Origin: a virus
Direction: 5' to 3' (one strand)
Length of the DNA stretch: 64,000 bases
Virus record (IMG/VR): IMGVR_UViG_3300027804_000047
Location: 53,626-117,625 of that record
Position 1 is the stretch's first letter. Each line of letters begins with the position of its first letter. The notes below the pieces were generated by a model. It was not told the origin of the DNA. It made no database searches and was given only the letters and a program-made list of their open reading frames with translations. The position numbers and the translations under genes were made by a program. Below are positions 18,160 through 29,029 of this stretch, one piece after another.

Positions 18160-21100
18160 TGTTTCAAAATCAAGACCTTAAATCATTTTTAGAAACCTCA
18201 CCTACGGTAAGGTCTCAGTCTGCAATCATAGCAGAATGGAATATGAATTTTGCAAATAATATTTTTAGAATTGGAAATTATAGATACAGACCTTCTGCAG
18301 AAACAACTGATAAATATAAAATCATACCAAATAGTTTTGATATAAACGACATTGGAAATTTTTATACTGGCGCTACTAATTCAGATATTATTGTTGATGG
18401 AGGAATTAGTCCATCAGACAATGAAGAGCCATGGTTTTTATTAGAACAAAATAAAAAATCTTCAATGTTATATTCTCTTGAAGATTGTTTTAAAAAATTT
18501 AGACCAAGGTCTGGAATAAATAAGGCTGCATATTTTCCAGGAAGAAAATTACATCATTCTAATATGAATATGTCAAATCGTCCAAGATATTACATGGCAG
18601 ACAAAAATGATACTTTTAAATACTGGACATCTTTTAGATTAGACGCTGGAGTTCTTAGGGGGATAGCAAATAAATTTATTAATGGGCAACACTTTATTGA
18701 TGATGCTGCTCCTTTTATAGTATATGACAATCCAGTTCCAGCGAATAGAATAATAGTAAAAATGCAAACAAATGTTGGATCAGTAGATTTAGGTCCATTT
18801 TCAAATTCTTCTGGGTCTTTTCCAGATCCACTATATGGAGATTTAAATAAAACAACTCCAGTAAAATGGAAAATACAGTCATTGCAAAATAATAATTGGG
18901 TAGATATTGTTAGTTTTAATTCTGGTAGTACTAGAAGAAATGGTTTACCTGTAATTAATAACGATGGCTATGTTGAGATATCATATGGGTTAAAGGTTCC
19001 AGAAAAATATCGAGATGTTTTTGTTCGTGCAGAAGAATATACGGATGAATCTTTTAAGCCAGAACGTTCCATTAATGGATATGCATATTTAATTAAAGCA
19101 AACGAATATGATTTGGGCAGATACCATATATGGTTTAACAATCAATGGGAGACTTTTATACCAGAATATGGATGGGTTTTAGAAGAAGAGACTGTTGATC
19201 GTCTTACTAACTTTGTTACAGATTTTGTTGATCCCGCTAAATTTACATCTCCTACAGATGGATTAAGCACATACTGCGAGTTTGAGTTTATTAAAGGCTT
19301 AAGAATAGTCGTAGATACAATGAACAAAATAGATTCTACCTTTGATTTGATAGAACTATCACCAAGACTTGTTGCTGATATTTCAGACAAGGCTGTATCT
19401 TTTAATGTTTCTAAAACAGCATCAGATTTAGGAACTAGCGGTCTTCCAGTAGGGCAGTTGCTTGCATCAAATGGAACATTAACTATATTTGATTATGATA
19501 ATTCTTTTAATGAAAATAATTCATTAAGCATTATTAATGAATATATTTCAAACAATATACAAATAAAATTTTATGACATAATTGTAAACGTTAATGGGTA
19601 TGATTATTTTGTTCCTATCAAAACAATGTATTCAGAAGGCTTTCCATCATTTTCTCATTCTGATAGAAAAGTAGAGTTAAGGCTAAGAGATTTATATTTT
19701 TATTTTGAATCAATCAAAGCACCAGAAATGTTGGTCACTAATGTTTCTTTAAGTTATGCAGTATCATTATTACTGGACTCTATTGGATTTTCAAATTATG
19801 TTTTTAAAAGAGTAGAAAACGAAAAAGAATTAATAATCCCATTTTTCTACATACCACCAGACAAAACAGTGGCAGAGGTTTTAAATGACCTAGCAGTTTC
19901 TACACAAACGGCTATGTTCTTTGATGAGTACAATAATTTTGTAATGATAAGCAAAAATTATATGCTTCCATCAAGTTCAGAAAGAAGTGTTGATTTTACT
20001 CTTTATGGCTCAAAAGATTTATCTCATATTGGAGTAAGAGAAAATGTAAATGTAAATGAAAAGTTATCTAATATTATTGAAATATCTTCTGAAGAAAGAA
20101 ACATCTATAATGATGGGGTAATTAACTATGACACAAGATATATCCAAAGGTCGTACGGTAGTATAAAGCAAGCATCAATGATTGATAATGAGGTTGCTGC
20201 AAAAAACTGGATATACAAGCCTTCACTCCTATGGGAAATTACTGGAGATAAAAATGTAAGGTCTATTAATAATGAAGTATCTGATCAATCTTCTTATAAC
20301 CTAGCAGCCATTCCATTAAACTCTAACTTATCAGCAGATTTGCCTACTGTAGTTAACAACAGACTTGTAAATAACATAATAGATTTAGGAGAAGCAGTAT
20401 ATTGGCTTGGCAGATACAACGGATATTTTTATGCAAATGGTGAAATAATTAAATTTGATGCTGTTCAATACAGTATACCTGGAGCACAAAAAAATATATT
20501 AAGAGAAGAGTCAAATGGAAAATTTTCATATACTACAGAAACAGCAGGGGCCGTTGGAAATGTTTGGATTAGTAGTAATCAAGAATATCAAGACTATATG
20601 TCTAAATTAACATTTAATGGAAAAATGTATCCAACTGGATTGGTAAGGATATACTCAGAACCAAAATATGAAACTATTAATGACGTAACGGTAATGAAAA
20701 ATGGCGAGGTGTCACGTCATGGAAGAGGTCAATTTGGAACAAAAATAATTTCACATGATTCTGGACTTAATTCTTATTGGAATAATAACTCTTATGTTCG
20801 TGGATGCGATATGCAAAGCATACACCTTTTTGGATTGACTTCAGGAGATGTCTTAGATAATTCTGCTATTCAGTCTAAGTCATTAGGAACAACTATTCCT
20901 GCAGGCCCTAATTCATCAAGAGCAAAAGAAAATATTAGAACTGGAATAATTAAAAACTTTTTATCACACTCTTATGTAAATGAATCTGAAAAAAATACTA
21001 ATAAATCTACTCAGGCAGGATCTGTTCAGTCATCTGCTTTAGTAATGAGTGGACCATCTTTTAGCAGTATAGAGTCACCAATAAACTTTATTTCATATCA

Positions 21101-22556
21101 GTACAAACCGCTAGATAATAAGTATAAGCATTTTGGAACAAGGATGCGTGTTATTGGAAAGGTTGAAATTAGCGAAACAAAAGAACAAACTCCAGTAGGC
21201 TCTGTTCCATATTATGTATTATCTGGAACACAACCAAACCAACAATTAAATATCTCTGGTGGTTCTGGAGGTCTTGCTGTAATGATAAACCCAGAAACCA
21301 ATGTCGGTTATTATTTTGAAATTGTTGCTTTAACAGAAAAAAATATTAGTCAATATTCTTCAGATGTAGATAATCTTCACAATATTATTTTTTATAAAGT
21401 TTATTCAGATCCAACAGGAAAAGCGATACCAATAAAACTTTGGGGCGGGTTAAGTAACATTATTGTAGACGATGGTAAGTTTACTGGGCAAGCACGTATG
21501 ATAGGAGAACAAAATCCTACTGTTTATGATTTAGCAGTAGAATATCAAGATATAGGGTCTTCTCGTAGATTTTATTTATATATAAATAATAACTTAGTAA
21601 AGGTAGTTGACGACTCCTCTCCATTGCCAATATACAATAATCTTGCACTATTTGTTCGTGGGGGAAGCAAGTGTATGTTTGAAAATGTATATGCTCTTGC
21701 TAATAACTATAGCCAAAATACTTCGTTTTCGTTAGAGACACCAGTATCTGCTGCTTTTGGAGATGAACATATAACTGCCAATGAATCCTTTAGAAAGTAT
21801 GCAATGTCTGGTATTGTACAATCTACATATTTATCTGGAATCAATACAAGTCAGCCACCAAGTTTTAATATTTATTTTGATGAGTTTGGAACCATTATGA
21901 GAGAAGCAGCATATCTAAAGGTAAGGTATGACAAAGCCTATCCAGCATTATATGCACAACTTTCTCCAACATTTAATAGAATTAAAGGATACACGACTTC
22001 TGGATTTAAAGCAGGTTCATACGGTGCTGAATTTTTAATTTTTAATTCAACTGATACATCAATTAATCTTGATGAGTCTAGCGGAAACTATTTAAGAATA
22101 CAAGGTATAGCATTTACACAAGAATCTAATAGTCAGTTGAGTGTTGACTCATACTTTGCAAAAAATACTAACTTTTCAGATCCAATGATAGGAAAAGATG
22201 GTTTAATTGTTTCTCCATTTAGACTTGCATTAGATTATGATAAAATAAAAACAAGCAGGCTGACGTATGGCAAAAAAGAATTTTCTTTAGATCCAACATA
22301 TGTTCAGTCTAATGACGATGCTAATGAACTAATGGGATGGATAATTAATAAAATACTTAGACCACGTAAAAATGTAGGTGTTAAGATTTTTTCAATGCCA
22401 ATACTTCAATTGGGAGATATTGTCAATATAGAATATAAAGACGAACTTGGAAATGATATAATAGAATCAGAAGATAAAAGATTTGTTGTATATCATATAG
22501 AATATAATAAAGATGCAGACGGACCAGAAATGACCGTTTACTTAAGTGAGGTTTAA
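18159..22556 (+). CDS. Large minor tail / tail-tip hub protein
   Basis: Position after Dit-like gene; C-terminal PILQLGDIV motif; ATG 18159 coupled to upstream stop. Confidence 0.7.
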   Translation: MFQNQDLKSFLETSPTVRSQSAIIAEWNMNFANNIFRIGNYRYRPSAETTDKYKIIPNSFDINDIGNFYTGATNSDIIVDGGISPSDNEEPWFLLEQNKKSSMLYSLEDCFKKFRPRSGINKAAYFPGRKLHHSNMNMSNRPRYYMADKNDTFKYWTSFRLDAGVLRGIANKFINGQHFIDDAAPFIVYDNPVPANRIIVKMQTNVGSVDLGPFSNSSGSFPDPLYGDLNKTTPVKWKIQSLQNNNWVDIVSFNSGSTRRNGLPVINNDGYVEISYGLKVPEKYRDVFVRAEEYTDESFKPERSINGYAYLIKANEYDLGRYHIWFNNQWETFIPEYGWVLEEETVDRLTNFVTDFVDPAKFTSPTDGLSTYCEFEFIKGLRIVVDTMNKIDSTFDLIELSPRLVADISDKAVSFNVSKTASDLGTSGLPVGQLLASNGTLTIFDYDNSFNENNSLSIINEYISNNIQIKFYDIIVNVNGYDYFVPIKTMYSEGFPSFSHSDRKVELRLRDLYFYFESIKAPEMLVTNVSLSYAVSLLLDSIGFSNYVFKRVENEKELIIPFFYIPPDKTVAEVLNDLAVSTQTAMFFDEYNNFVMISKNYMLPSSSERSVDFTLYGSKDLSHIGVRENVNVNEKLSNIIEISSEERNIYNDGVINYDTRYIQRSYGSIKQASMIDNEVAAKNWIYKPSLLWEITGDKNVRSINNEVSDQSSYNLAAIPLNSNLSADLPTVVNNRLVNNIIDLGEAVYWLGRYNGYFYANGEIIKFDAVQYSIPGAQKNILREESNGKFSYTTETAGAVGNVWISSNQEYQDYMSKLTFNGKMYPTGLVRIYSEPKYETINDVTVMKNGEVSRHGRGQFGTKIISHDSGLNSYWNNNSYVRGCDMQSIHLFGLTSGDVLDNSAIQSKSLGTTIPAGPNSSRAKENIRTGIIKNFLSHSYVNESEKNTNKSTQAGSVQSSALVMSGPSFSSIESPINFISYQYKPLDNKYKHFGTRMRVIGKVEISETKEQTPVGSVPYYVLSGTQPNQQLNISGGSGGLAVMINPETNVGYYFEIVALTEKNISQYSSDVDNLHNIIFYKVYSDPTGKAIPIKLWGGLSNIIVDDGKFTGQARMIGEQNPTVYDLAVEYQDIGSSRRFYLYINNNLVKVVDDSSPLPIYNNLALFVRGGSKCMFENVYALANNYSQNTSFSLETPVSAAFGDEHITANESFRKYAMSGIVQSTYLSGINTSQPPSFNIYFDEFGTIMREAAYLKVRYDKAYPALYAQLSPTFNRIKGYTTSGFKAGSYGAEFLIFNSTDTSINLDESSGNYLRIQGIAFTQESNSQLSVDSYFAKNTNFSDPMIGKDGLIVSPFRLALDYDKIKTSRLTYGKKEFSLDPTYVQSNDDANELMGWIINKILRPRKNVGVKIFSMPILQLGDIVNIEYKDELGNDIIESEDKRFVVYHIEYNKDADGPEMTVYLSEV

Positions 22557-22557
22557 A

Positions 22558-23061
22558 ATGTCAACAGTAAATAGTACTCCAAACTTACCATCATCTAGCC
22601 CAAATCCAGGAACAAATAATCCAAGCGTTGTTGCAGCAACACCAGATATTATTTTATTTAATGATGAATCTACGCCAATAGAAATAATGACAGATCTTAT
22701 ATTTGAAAATATAGGTGGTCAAGAATTAATTAATATAATAAGATCAGATATAATTAATGGACAAAATGTAATATATCAACCTATTAAAAATCTAACTAAT
22801 TTATTTTTTCAGTATAACCCTCAAAATATTTTAGCACTTCAAGATACTGATTCAAATTATTTTAAAAAATTTCCTATAAATTTTTCAAACAAAGTTCCAG
22901 AATGTGGCACAGGTCCTGACTGCTCAAAGGTTTATATAGATCCAGACACTGGAGATCTCGTAATTAATGTAATTAATCTAGCAAGAGATGAGCAGGTAGA
23001 GATATCCATAGTTTCTGACGGAGAAGTATTAGATGATACAATATACGAGGTGAATCCATGA
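22558..23061 (+). CDS. Minor tail protein (putative)
   Basis: Tail operon position; ATG 22558 after GAGG. Confidence 0.5.
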   Translation: MSTVNSTPNLPSSSPNPGTNNPSVVAATPDIILFNDESTPIEIMTDLIFENIGGQELINIIRSDIINGQNVIYQPIKNLTNLFFQYNPQNILALQDTDSNYFKKFPINFSNKVPECGTGPDCSKVYIDPDTGDLVINVINLARDEQVEISIVSDGEVLDDTIYEVNP

Positions 23062-24209
23062 TTACAAATATAGGTAAAGGCATTTTAGCAAAGTATCTTA
23101 TTGGCCAGGCTCCAGCCTATGCCTCTTATGTTGCCATTGGTTGCGGTGCAAAACCGCTTGCAACAAACCAGTCTTTTGCAGATTATTCTGATAAAAAATC
23201 TTTAGATTTTGAAATGTTCAGAGTACCAGTTACATCACGAGGTTATGTAAATGAAGACGGCATCGATAAGATTGTGCTAACAGCAGAACTTCCAACAGAT
23301 GAAAGATATGAAATATCAGAAGTTGGGATATATTCTGCTGGAGCAAATCCATCTGCAGGAGCATATGATAGTCGTTCTTTATTTGCATTCACAGTAAATG
23401 AAAACTGGGAATATCATAGACAGGATGGCGGTGCAGGTTCTCTAGAAGTAAAATATTCACGACTAGATGATTCAGATAATGATAATATCATTAATGATTT
23501 TAATCAAACTATCGGTGACCAAACATTTGTTGCCAAAGTTTTTCAGACAAACTCTGATAATTTATCATTTACAAATGGAGACAGGCTCTCAAGATATGAG
23601 AGGGCACGTTTTTATAACAATATAGTTATGGCAAGAGGCGACGTTTCAAATCTTACAGTATCAGGCGGACACCTTGAGATTGGATCAAATTCAAATCATA
23701 TACACCTACTTGGAACTTCTTTAGATTTTAATAAGAACTCACCAACCGATGAGATTAAGTTGGCTTTTAGTATTATCAATAAAGACCCAGATCCAGCCAT
23801 TGTTCCAGATGCAGTTAGAATATTATTAGAGTTTGGCGAAAGCGATACCCCAGGAGTTGGAGAGTGGGCAAGGTTTGAAGTTATTATGTCTAATGAAGAT
23901 TATGATTTTGCAAACAATAGATATTATGTTATAACAAAGCAGTTACAGGAACTACATAAGAGCATTGGGTTTACATGGAACAATGTTAGCATCATAAAGA
24001 TTTATGCAACTGTTATTAATAATGAATTGCCATCAACCGATTTTTATGTAGGTCTAGACGCAGTAAGGTTTGAAAATGTATCTACAACAAATCCAATATA
24101 CGGCCTTACTGGGTATACTGTTATTAAAAATACCAATGCAGAAACAATTATTAAGGCAGCAAACACTACAAACTATATTGAGTTTAGATTTGCAATGGAT
24201 GTACAGTAA
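23058..24209 (+). CDS. Minor tail/baseplate protein
   Basis: MITNIGK...AIG.G...ISEVGIYS pattern of tail-fibre/baseplate N-terminal domains. Confidence 0.6.
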   Translation: MITNIGKGILAKYLIGQAPAYASYVAIGCGAKPLATNQSFADYSDKKSLDFEMFRVPVTSRGYVNEDGIDKIVLTAELPTDERYEISEVGIYSAGANPSAGAYDSRSLFAFTVNENWEYHRQDGGAGSLEVKYSRLDDSDNDNIINDFNQTIGDQTFVAKVFQTNSDNLSFTNGDRLSRYERARFYNNIVMARGDVSNLTVSGGHLEIGSNSNHIHLLGTSLDFNKNSPTDEIKLAFSIINKDPDPAIVPDAVRILLEFGESDTPGVGEWARFEVIMSNEDYDFANNRYYVITKQLQELHKSIGFTWNNVSIIKIYATVINNELPSTDFYVGLDAVRFENVSTTNPIYGLTGYTVIKNTNAETIIKAANTTNYIEFRFAMDVQ

Positions 24210-24649
24210 TGGCAACACCAGATTTAGGCATAAAAAAAGTTATTATTCCAAAATCTAAACTGCCTGGATTTTTTGGGGAAAATAGAAAATACATTTTAAG
24301 ATATAGATTTATATCAGAAGACAAGAATAGAACATCGCATTGGTCTCCAGCATATAAAATTATTGCTGAAGACACTCCTTCAGAAATATTGAATAGTATG
24401 ATAATTGATACCGATAATAAAGTTATTAACTTAGCATGGCAACCACAAACAAACGTTGAAGAATATTTTATATATGTAAAATGGAATAACAGTGGATGGC
24501 AATATTATACTAAGACATCACAAACTAACTACTCTATAGTTTATGATGCAGCCAAAACATATGTTCATATTGCAGTACAAGTAAAAACAATACCACTAGA
24601 AAGATTTGCCGATGCAATATTGTTTGAAAATGAAGGCAGTCTGGTATAA
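24209..24649 (+). CDS. Minor tail protein, FnIII-like (putative)
   Basis: Beta-rich; R.S.WS and INLAW patterns; tail operon position. Confidence 0.45.
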   Translation: MATPDLGIKKVIIPKSKLPGFFGENRKYILRYRFISEDKNRTSHWSPAYKIIAEDTPSEILNSMIIDTDNKVINLAWQPQTNVEEYFIYVKWNNSGWQYYTKTSQTNYSIVYDAAKTYVHIAVQVKTIPLERFADAILFENEGSLV

Positions 24650-24665
24650 TTAGACAGGAGGAATA

Positions 24666-25106
24666 ATGGCAAAAATACCATCACCAGAACCAGGGCAACC
24701 TATAGATGTATCTTATATAGATCAGATAGTTCGTGCTATTAACGATCTTTCTGTTCAGATATCACCAGCAATTTATAAATATGTTACAGTTGATGTTCCT
24801 AAGTTTACATCTCAGAGCGCTAAAATATCTGAGACCAGAGTAATTGGAGGATATGTTGACGTCTTTAAAGGAATACAAAGCGTTGGTGGGCAAAAAGATT
24901 TTTATTATCAGTTTCAACCAGAATTTAAATATCCACCAATTGTTGTAGCAACCCCAGTTAATATCAATGGAACAGAAGCAGGTAAAACAGTAACTGTTGT
25001 TTTAAAAGAGCCAAGCACTTCTAGGGTTGATGGAACAGTAAATTTTAACTCTGCTGGAGACGTTTCTATCGGTGTTAACTTAGTTATTATTGGCATTCCT
25101 AATTAA
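24666..25106 (+). CDS. Short tail-fibre / receptor-binding-like protein
   Basis: F...FKYPP.V.AT...VN.V.IG pattern like gp53/H-lectin-type C-terminal domains; own promoter and GGAGG RBS. Confidence 0.5.
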   Translation: MAKIPSPEPGQPIDVSYIDQIVRAINDLSVQISPAIYKYVTVDVPKFTSQSAKISETRVIGGYVDVFKGIQSVGGQKDFYYQFQPEFKYPPIVVATPVNINGTEAGKTVTVVLKEPSTSRVDGTVNFNSAGDVSIGVNLVIIGIPN

Positions 25107-25297
25107 TGATCAAATGCAAAAAATGTTCAAGAAAGATGCTAATAGACAGAGTTTACAACTCAGTGTCTCATTTAGAAATTTATTGCTTATTGTGTGGATC
25201 AAGAGTTTTTTTCCATCCACCATCTGATTCGAAGGAAGGAAGATGGCTACTAGAAAAGGAAATAGAACGAGCGAAGAATACAATGTCGCTGCTGTGA
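25106..25297 (+). CDS. Small zinc-ribbon protein
   Basis: CKKC...CLLCG. Confidence 0.6.
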   Translation: MIKCKKCSRKMLIDRVYNSVSHLEIYCLLCGSRVFFHPPSDSKEGRWLLEKEIERAKNTMSLL

Positions 25298-25785
25298 TAC
25301 CTGGAAATAAAAAAGTTTGGTTTTTAAATAAAGATCTTGTTAGAGTTGTGCATTATAACAGATCAAATGGCATTATGTCAATTTATAACATTACAAAAGA
25401 TAGGTTAGAGAGTTGTCTAATAAATGATTTTAAAAATAAAAGAGAAAGAGCATACACAGTCGGAGAAACTGCTGATTTAGTTAATAGACATAAAAAATAT
25501 ATGCCATCACTAATGAAGAGAGGTGTCATACCTTTTCCAACTGGATCACAAAAAGGCGGAGAAAGGGGATGGCAGGTTAGATCTTATTACTCCGAATCGC
25601 AAGTCAGAGAGATACGTGATATACTGGCTACATACCATATTGGTAGACCAAGAAAAGATAATTTAATAACAAATGATATTACTCCTACAAAAGCAGAGTT
25701 GACTCGCAGGATGGGAGATGGTATACTAACATATACAAAGACTGAAGACGGTAGGTTTATACCAATTTGGTCAGAATCAATATAA
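25243..25785 (+). CDS. MerR-like HTH DNA-binding protein
   Basis: YTVGETADLVNRH...GVIP...RSYYSESQV. Confidence 0.65.
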   Translation: MATRKGNRTSEEYNVAAVIPGNKKVWFLNKDLVRVVHYNRSNGIMSIYNITKDRLESCLINDFKNKRERAYTVGETADLVNRHKKYMPSLMKRGVIPFPTGSQKGGERGWQVRSYYSESQVREIRDILATYHIGRPRKDNLITNDITPTKAELTRRMGDGILTYTKTEDGRFIPIWSESI

Positions 25786-25799
25786 TAGAAGGGTATGAA

Positions 25800-26006
25800 A
25801 TGGAAGATACAAAGGTATCAGTAACACTAGGATATACACTTAATCTTGGAAACTTTCAATCACTAAGGTTAGACCTTGGTGTTGTAGATTCAAAGCGTGA
25901 AGGTGAAAATACAGATCAAGCATTTGAACGTGTATATAAATTTGTTGAAGATAAGTTAGCAGCAAAAATAGCAGAAGCAAAGGTTGAACTAGAAGAAGGA
26001 AATTAG
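25800..26006 (+). CDS. Hypothetical protein
   Basis: T.NLGNFQSLR.D motif; ATG 25800 after GAAGGG. Confidence 0.6.
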   Translation: MEDTKVSVTLGYTLNLGNFQSLRLDLGVVDSKREGENTDQAFERVYKFVEDKLAAKIAEAKVELEEGN

Positions 26007-26007
26007 T

Positions 26008-26316
26008 GTGACAGAAAAACAGAAGCGATTTGCTCTGTTGAATAGGTTTGATAAACACTATAAGTTTAAACTAGAACAAGAGCCACGCTATAATAAGTGG
26101 GTTGAACAATGGTCTGCAAATGCTCTAATAGAATCATATGGCATTGAACTTTGCTATGAACTATTGGAATATTATTTTGAAGTCACAGAAAATCCTTCAT
26201 GGAATCATTTTGCATATATTGCACATGATATACTTGAAAGAAAACAAGAACAAGAAAAAGATTTAGTTGATAGATCTCAACGTAGAAAAATGGCAAAGGA
26301 GTGGCTGGGTGAATAG
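26008..26316 (+). CDS. Hypothetical protein upstream of helicase (possible loader)
   Basis: Position only. Confidence 0.5.
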   Translation: MTEKQKRFALLNRFDKHYKFKLEQEPRYNKWVEQWSANALIESYGIELCYELLEYYFEVTENPSWNHFAYIAHDILERKQEQEKDLVDRSQRRKMAKEWLGE

Positions 26317-27535
26317 TACAGAATCAAAGTTAATCTCAGCCGTACTTCAAGATAAACAGGCACACGTATTATTACAAGCAAATATTGAAAACATATTAAT
26401 CACACATGTCGATGTGTGGCAGTTTATTAGAAAATACTATGAGCACAATGCAACAGTTCCTCCAACAGAATTAGTAGTAGAAAAGTTTAGAGACTTTGAA
26501 CCAGTTGTTGGCGTAGGATCTACTAAGCATCATCTTGAAGAATTACAGGCAGAGTATCTTACAAACAGTTTAAAAGATATTATTAGGTCTGCTGCTACAG
26601 ATGTTCAGGGCGGACAAGGTGTGGAAGCACTTGAAACTCTTATTACAAAAACAGCAGAACTTAGAAAAAATACTGCAGCCATTCGTGATATCGATGTGAC
26701 TGATTTAGATTCAGCAGTTGCATACTTTGAAAATCTAAAAAAACAACAAGAGGCTGGCGCTATAGGAATTAAAACAGGTCTTCCAGGTTTTGATAACTAC
26801 TTACCTTCTGGAATCATGCCAGGGCAGTTGGGAGTCTTTCTTGCATATCCAGGTATAGGAAAGTCATGGTTGTCTCTCTATTTTGCTGTACAGGCCTGGA
26901 AACAGGGTCGTAGCCCAATGATTATAAGCCTTGAAATGTCAGAAGTTGAAGTACGTAATCGTGTATTTGCTATCATGGGTGAGGGCCTGTGGTCACACCG
27001 TAAACTAAGCGCTGGACAGATAGAGATGGACATGCTTAAGTCTTGGCATGCTAAAAGTGTTCAGGGTAAACCAGAATTTCATATTATTTCAAATGATACT
27101 GGTGGTGATATCACTCCTCTAGTTCTTCGTGGAAAGATTGATCAATACAAGCCAGATTTTGTTATTGTTGATTATTTACAACTTATGTCTCCAAACCAAA
27201 AGTCAGATAATGAAACGGTACGAATGAAGAACCTTTCTCGTGAATTAAAGTTAATGGCAATTTCTGAAGAAGTCCCAATTATTGCTATTTCTTCTGCCAC
27301 TCCAGATGATGTTACTAAACTTGAGACAGTTCCAACACTTGGTCAAACAGCATGGTCAAGACAGATTGCATATGATGCTGACTGGGTTTTGGCACTTGGT
27401 CGAGGTACTAATAGTGATATTATTGAGTGCGTATTTAGAAAGAACCGTAATGGTTTTATGGGAGAATTCTTGGTTCAGGCTGATTTTGACAAGGGATATT
27501 ACAGATATAAGGATTATGAAGATAAGTCAGTATAA
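26309..27535 (+). CDS. dnaB: DnaB-like replicative helicase
   Basis: Walker A AYPGIGKS, SLEM, IVDYLQL, SRELKLMA, KNRNG; GTG start after AAGGAG. Confidence 0.95.
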   Translation: MNSTESKLISAVLQDKQAHVLLQANIENILITHVDVWQFIRKYYEHNATVPPTELVVEKFRDFEPVVGVGSTKHHLEELQAEYLTNSLKDIIRSAATDVQGGQGVEALETLITKTAELRKNTAAIRDIDVTDLDSAVAYFENLKKQQEAGAIGIKTGLPGFDNYLPSGIMPGQLGVFLAYPGIGKSWLSLYFAVQAWKQGRSPMIISLEMSEVEVRNRVFAIMGEGLWSHRKLSAGQIEMDMLKSWHAKSVQGKPEFHIISNDTGGDITPLVLRGKIDQYKPDFVIVDYLQLMSPNQKSDNETVRMKNLSRELKLMAISEEVPIIAISSATPDDVTKLETVPTLGQTAWSRQIAYDADWVLALGRGTNSDIIECVFRKNRNGFMGEFLVQADFDKGYYRYKDYEDKSV

Positions 27536-27543
27536 TATGCTCC

Positions 27544-27870
27544 ATGGAGACATTTCAGCACAAGCCCATAAAGAGGTTTGGTTTGGACGGAATCATCAAT
27601 GATGACTCTGCCATATACAGATTACAGCAAGAGTATATCAGGCTACTGGTATCAGAAATGCGATTATCTGGTTATGCCCCAAGGTTTGATATTGATCCAC
27701 AGTTCACATTATCATATAACGAACACAAAAACTACTTTGAATTTACATTAAGCGTATATGGAATATATATAGGGAGAAAAAAATCAGAATGGATATTAGG
27801 AATAGACGGAACCAAGCCAGTATATACACAGCCAGTCAAGTTAAAAGAGTACTCGCAGGATCTGGCATAA
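27544..27870 (+). CDS. Hypothetical protein
   Basis: Leaderless TATAAT, 7 nt, ATG; lies between helicase and primase. Confidence 0.6.
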   Translation: METFQHKPIKRFGLDGIINDDSAIYRLQQEYIRLLVSEMRLSGYAPRFDIDPQFTLSYNEHKNYFEFTLSVYGIYIGRKKSEWILGIDGTKPVYTQPVKLKEYSQDLA

Positions 27871-28733
27871 CCGTAGAAAAAGAAGCAGAGTCGGAGTACA
27901 TAGTATTTTGTCCATTCCATTCTAACCATAGAACCCCTGCTGGAGAAATTAACAAATATACTGGATTGTTCTTTTGTTTTTCATGTGGGAAAACAGCAGA
28001 TTTAATAGAACTAGTAATGCATTTTTCTAATCGAACATATTTTGAGTCTGTTCGGTTTATTAAAAGCAAAGAGGTAGAAACAGATATATTGTCTGAAATA
28101 AATAATAAGTTAATTGAAAAAGAAGAATGGACAGAGTTCGATATGTCTATTATTAATAGACTTCATGAGCAGGCCTTTTCTTCAGAAAGAGCCAAAGAAT
28201 ATTTTATTAAAAGAAAAATTAATAGAGAGTCTGTTGCTAAGTTTAAACTTGGTTATTCTGAAAACCAAGATATGGTATCTATTCCAGTCTATAATCACGA
28301 AGGCCTATGTGTCGGATTTGTGGCAAGATCAGTTGAAGGTAAAGATTTTAAAAATACAACTAAGTTACCAAAGTCTAAAATATTATTTAATCTAAATAGA
28401 GTAAAGACTGCTACCAAAGTTTATGTTGTAGAGTCTTCATTTGATGCTATAAGGCTTGATCAGTTAGGGTTTCCATCAGTTGCAACCCTTGGCGCCAATG
28501 TATCATCCAAACAAATAGAGTTATTAAAAAGATATTTTAATGATGTAGTTATAATTGCTGATAATGATGAAGCAGGCGGGAATATGAAAGAAAGAATAAT
28601 TGAGTCATTAGGCAGTAGTGTCACTATAGTAAGCATAGATCAAAAATATAAAGATATAGGCGACATGGAAGATAGTGATATAATTAAACTTAAGAAAAAT
28701 TTTAATGATCATATAAAGGAGATGTTTGTATGA
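27789..28733 (+). CDS. dnaG: DNA primase (CHC2 zinc finger + TOPRIM)
   Basis: CPFH...CFSC, VVES.FD, DNDEAG, KD.GD. Confidence 0.92.
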   Translation: MDIRNRRNQASIYTASQVKRVLAGSGITVEKEAESEYIVFCPFHSNHRTPAGEINKYTGLFFCFSCGKTADLIELVMHFSNRTYFESVRFIKSKEVETDILSEINNKLIEKEEWTEFDMSIINRLHEQAFSSERAKEYFIKRKINRESVAKFKLGYSENQDMVSIPVYNHEGLCVGFVARSVEGKDFKNTTKLPKSKILFNLNRVKTATKVYVVESSFDAIRLDQLGFPSVATLGANVSSKQIELLKRYFNDVVIIADNDEAGGNMKERIIESLGSSVTIVSIDQKYKDIGDMEDSDIIKLKKNFNDHIKEMFV

Positions 28734-29029
28734 GTAAGAAAAACCATATGGAATGGTTAGAGGCCCTAAAAACTATGGGTCATAAAAAGTATTGGAATAG
28801 AGCAAACACTGTAGAGTTTTTTGCCTTTGTTGCTAAAGCAATGATTATTTTACCAGGTTTGCTGTTTGACATAAGTGTTTGGTGGTTTTATATTTTTGCA
28901 TTGGTTTCAAGCCTTGGGCTTATCTGGTCTTCAACTGTAAAAACAATACCAACCCTAATTTGGTTTAACATACTATGGTCAATTTTAGCAATACTTTATA
29001 TTGCAAAATATTTTGGTGTTATTTTATGA
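28730..29029 (+). CDS. Small multi-pass membrane protein
   Basis: Three hydrophobic segments. Confidence 0.6.
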   Translation: MSKKNHMEWLEALKTMGHKKYWNRANTVEFFAFVAKAMIILPGLLFDISVWWFYIFALVSSLGLIWSSTVKTIPTLIWFNILWSILAILYIAKYFGVIL